A DNA stretch of 64,000 nucleotides. It comes from Mobula hypostoma. Its lineage: Eukaryota. The stretch lies in NCBI RefSeq assembly GCF_963921235.1, contig NC_086101.1, forward strand, positions 4,156,001-4,220,000, given 5' to 3'. The notes under the pieces are model-generated. The model worked only from the letters and a program-made list of their open reading frames with translations, searched no databases and was not told the DNA's origin. Positions within the stretch are counted from its first letter, which is position 1; each line of letters opens with the position of its first letter. This document shows, piece after piece, positions 61,001 through 64,000 of this stretch. The position numbers were made by a program, and so were the translations under genes.

Positions 61001-64000
61001 CCTCGCCAGGATTGGTTGTCCCCCGAGGCTCCTCAGGATAGTTCAGTCATTCCACACAGACATGAAGGGTGTCGTTCAGTTTAACGGCTCTTCTTCAGAG
61101 GCCTTCAACATCCGCAGCAGTGTGAAGCAGGGCTGTGTGCTTGCCCCCACCCTGTTTGGCATCTTCTTCGCAGACATGCTGAAGCACGCCTTTGGAACAT
61201 CAACTGATGGTGTCTACCTCCACACCAGATCGGATGGGAGGCTGTTCAGTCTGTCCCGGCTGAGGGCAAAAACCAAGGTTCGTGAAGTACTCATCAGGGA
61301 CATGTTGTTTGCAGATGATGCAGCACTGGCAACACACTCTGAACAGCAACTGCAACGCCTCATGGACAGCTTCTCAAGAGCCTGACAGGACTTCAGCTTG
61401 ACCATCAGCCTGAAGAAGACCAACATGTTGGGCCAAGGCATTGAGCACCCCCCCCCCACCATTACCATAAACAACTACGAGCTGGAGGTAGTTCACGAGT
61501 TTACATACCTTGGCTCCACCATCACGGACAGCCTCTCCCTGGACCCCGAGATCAACAGACGGATCGGACGAGCAGCCTCAACATTCGCCAGGCTGAAAAA
61601 GAGAGTCTGGGAGAACAGAAAGCTGACGACGCACACAAAGGTTGCAGTCTACAGGGCCTGTGTCCTCAGCACACTGCTTTACGGCAGCGAGACCTGGAGC
61701 CTCTACTACAGACGAGCGGCGTCTCAACGCCTTCCACCTTCGCAGCCTGAGACGCATCCTGGACATCACGTGGACTGACCGAGTCACCGACAATGAGGTC
61801 CTGGCCCGCACCCAGATACCCAGCCTCTTCACCCTGCTCCAACAACGCCGTCTCCGCTGGCTGGGCCACGTACACTGCATGTCAGATGGGAGGATCCCGA
61901 AAGACCTGCTTTACGGGGAACTGGTCTCCGGCAAGAGGGCACAAGGGCGGCCCCATCTTCGTTTCAAAGATGTCTGCAAGAGAGACATAAAGTCACTGAA
62001 CATGAACGTCGAGAGGTGGGAGGACATCGCAAGCGATCGCTCTCACTGGAGGCTGGAACTACACAGAGGTCTAAAAAGAGGAGAAGAGAAGCTGAGGCTT
62101 GCTGCTGGAGAAAAGCGCACTCATCGGGAAAACAGCACCAAGACAACACTGGAGGACAGCGCCTTCAAGTGCAGTCGCTGCAGCCGAGACTGTCACTCCG
62201 GTGTGGGCCTCTACAGCCACAACAGACGCTGCTCTAACACAGACTGAAGCAAGACTTTCCAGGCGCAGATCCATGGTCTCGCGAGACTAACGGATGACAC
62301 CACATCCTGCACCTTCCTCATTTTTCTATTTCTGCTCTGTAGTTACCCCTGCCAGCATCTCCTTCGAAGTTACTTTGGCCAATTTCTCTCTCATACCACT
62401 GTAATTTCCTTTACTCCACTGAAATACTGTTACATCAGACTTTACTTTCTCCCTGTCAAATTTCACGTTGAATTCAATCGTATTGTGATCACTGCTTCCT
62501 AAAAGTTTATTTTACCTTTAGCTCTCTAATCACCTCTGGTTTGTTACATAACACCCAATCCAATACAGCTGATCCCCAGTAGGCTCAACGACAAACTGCT
62601 CTAAAAAGCCATCTCATAGGCATTCAACAAACTCATTCTCTTGAGGTCCCTTACCAACCTGATTTTCCCAATTGACCTGCAAGTTGAAATCTCCCATGAC
62701 TACCATAACATTACCCTTTTGACTTGCCTTTTCTATTTCCTGTTGTAAACTGAGCCACATCCCAGCCACTGTTGGGAGGCCTGTATATAACTGCCATCAA
62801 TGTTCTTTTACCCTTTGCAGTTTCTTAACCCAACCCACAAGGATTCAACAGCTTCCGATCCTGTGTCACATCTTTCTACTGATTTGATGCCATTCTTTAC
62901 CAGTAGAGCCACACCACCCCCTCTGTCTACCTTCCTATCACTCTGATATAATGTGTAACCTTGGACATTCAGCTCCCAACTACAACCATCCTTCAGCCAC
63001 GATTCAGTGATGGCCACAACATCATACCTGGCAATCTGTAATAGTGCAACAAGATTATCCACCTTATTTCTTATACTCCGTTCATTTAGATACAACACCT
63101 TGAGTACCATATTTGCTACCCTTTTTGATTCTGCATCCCTAATACAATGATACTCAGCCTGTTGGCTGCAACTCAGTCCCATCACCTGTCTGCTCTTCCT
63201 GACAGTCTGACTGCACGTTATCTTTGTTTTTTTTAACCATGTCCTTTCCTGAGCCCCTTCACTCTGGTTCTCACCCCCCTGCCAAGTTAGTTTAAACCCT
63301 CCCCAACAGCTCTAACAAACCTGCCCGCGAGAATATTGGTTCCCCTCGGTTCCAGGTGCAACCGGTCACTTTTGAACAGGTCATACCTCCCCCAGAAGAG
63401 ATCCCAATGATCCAAAAACCTGAAGCCGTGTCCCTGCACCAGCTTCTCAGCCACACATTTATCTGCCAAATCATCCTGTTTCTACCCTCACTGGCGAATG
63501 GCACAGGTAGCAATCCAGAAATTACTACCTGGGGGGTCCTGCTTCTCAGCTTTCTACCTAGCTCTCTAAAATCTCTTTTCAGGACCTCTTTGCTTTTCCT
63601 TCCTATGTCGTTGGTACCAATATGTACCAAGACATCTGGCTACAATCTGGGGTGGATGCAATCTGAGACCATGGCACCTGGGAGGCAACATACTATCCAA
63701 GTGTCCCGTTCATACCCACAGAATCTACTCTCTGTTCCTCTGACTACTGAGTCCCCTATCACTACCACTCCCCTCTTCACCCTCTTTCCCTTCCGCACCG
63801 TGGACCCATGCTCAGTGCTAGTAACCTGGTCTAGGTGGCATTCCCCTGAGAGGTCATCCCCCACGACAGTATCCAAAATGGTATACCTATTATTGAGAGA
63901 ATGGCTACAGGGGTGCTCTGCTCTAACTGCCTATTCACATTTCCATTTCTCCTGACAATCACACATCTACTCGCCTCCTGCAGCTTCAGGGTGACCACTT
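58025..64000 (-). mobile_element. Long CR1 LINE (esterase ORF1 and ORF2), interrupted by a Penelope piece (~59698-59876) and an RTE
   Basis: VIGDSVVRG, VHIGTND, ITESWL, GVPQGSVLGP, KFADDTK; (ATAAGACC)n-type tail at ~58025-58040. Confidence 0.9.
60132..62303 (+). mobile_element. RTE-clade LINE, 5'-truncated (RT and C-terminal C2H2-like finger)
   Basis: KAPGLDG, YRGISLL, FIDLTKAFD, VKQGCVLAP, FADD, CSRCSRDCHSGVGLYSH; TSD atcctg(t/c)acc at 60122-60131 and 62304-62313. Confidence 0.94.

Overview
Vertebrate genomic DNA, most likely from a cartilaginous fish (inferred from the CR1/Rex1/Penelope/V-SINE repeat landscape). The only host gene found is a complement factor B (CFB/C2-family) gene on the minus strand. 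I read seven in-phase GT-AG exons by hand (CCP1, CCP2, CCP3, alphaL linker, three vWA exons; 1071 bp, 357 codons, no stops) between 47481 and 10827. The signal-peptide exon was not identified, and the remaining vWA and serine-protease exons lie beyond position 1. Most of the rest is transposable elements and tandem repeats: many CR1 copies, Rex1/Babar, a full-length L1 with an 18-bp TSD, a 5'-truncated RTE, a chromodomain-bearing Gypsy provirus, two solo LTRs, R4-clade remnants, Penelope pieces with minimal hammerhead ribozyme motifs, Tc1 and hAT derivatives, and several minisatellites. The most notable observations are a tRNA/CORE SINE that shares its 3' tail with the RTE LINE in the same window, short TSD-flanked hammerhead-bearing Penelope derivatives, two R4 copies each interrupted by a different Rex1 at nearly the same site, and an Arg-Arg scissile site plus an RGDS motif in the factor B linker. 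No wholly new gene system is evident. Boundaries of degenerate repeats are approximate.
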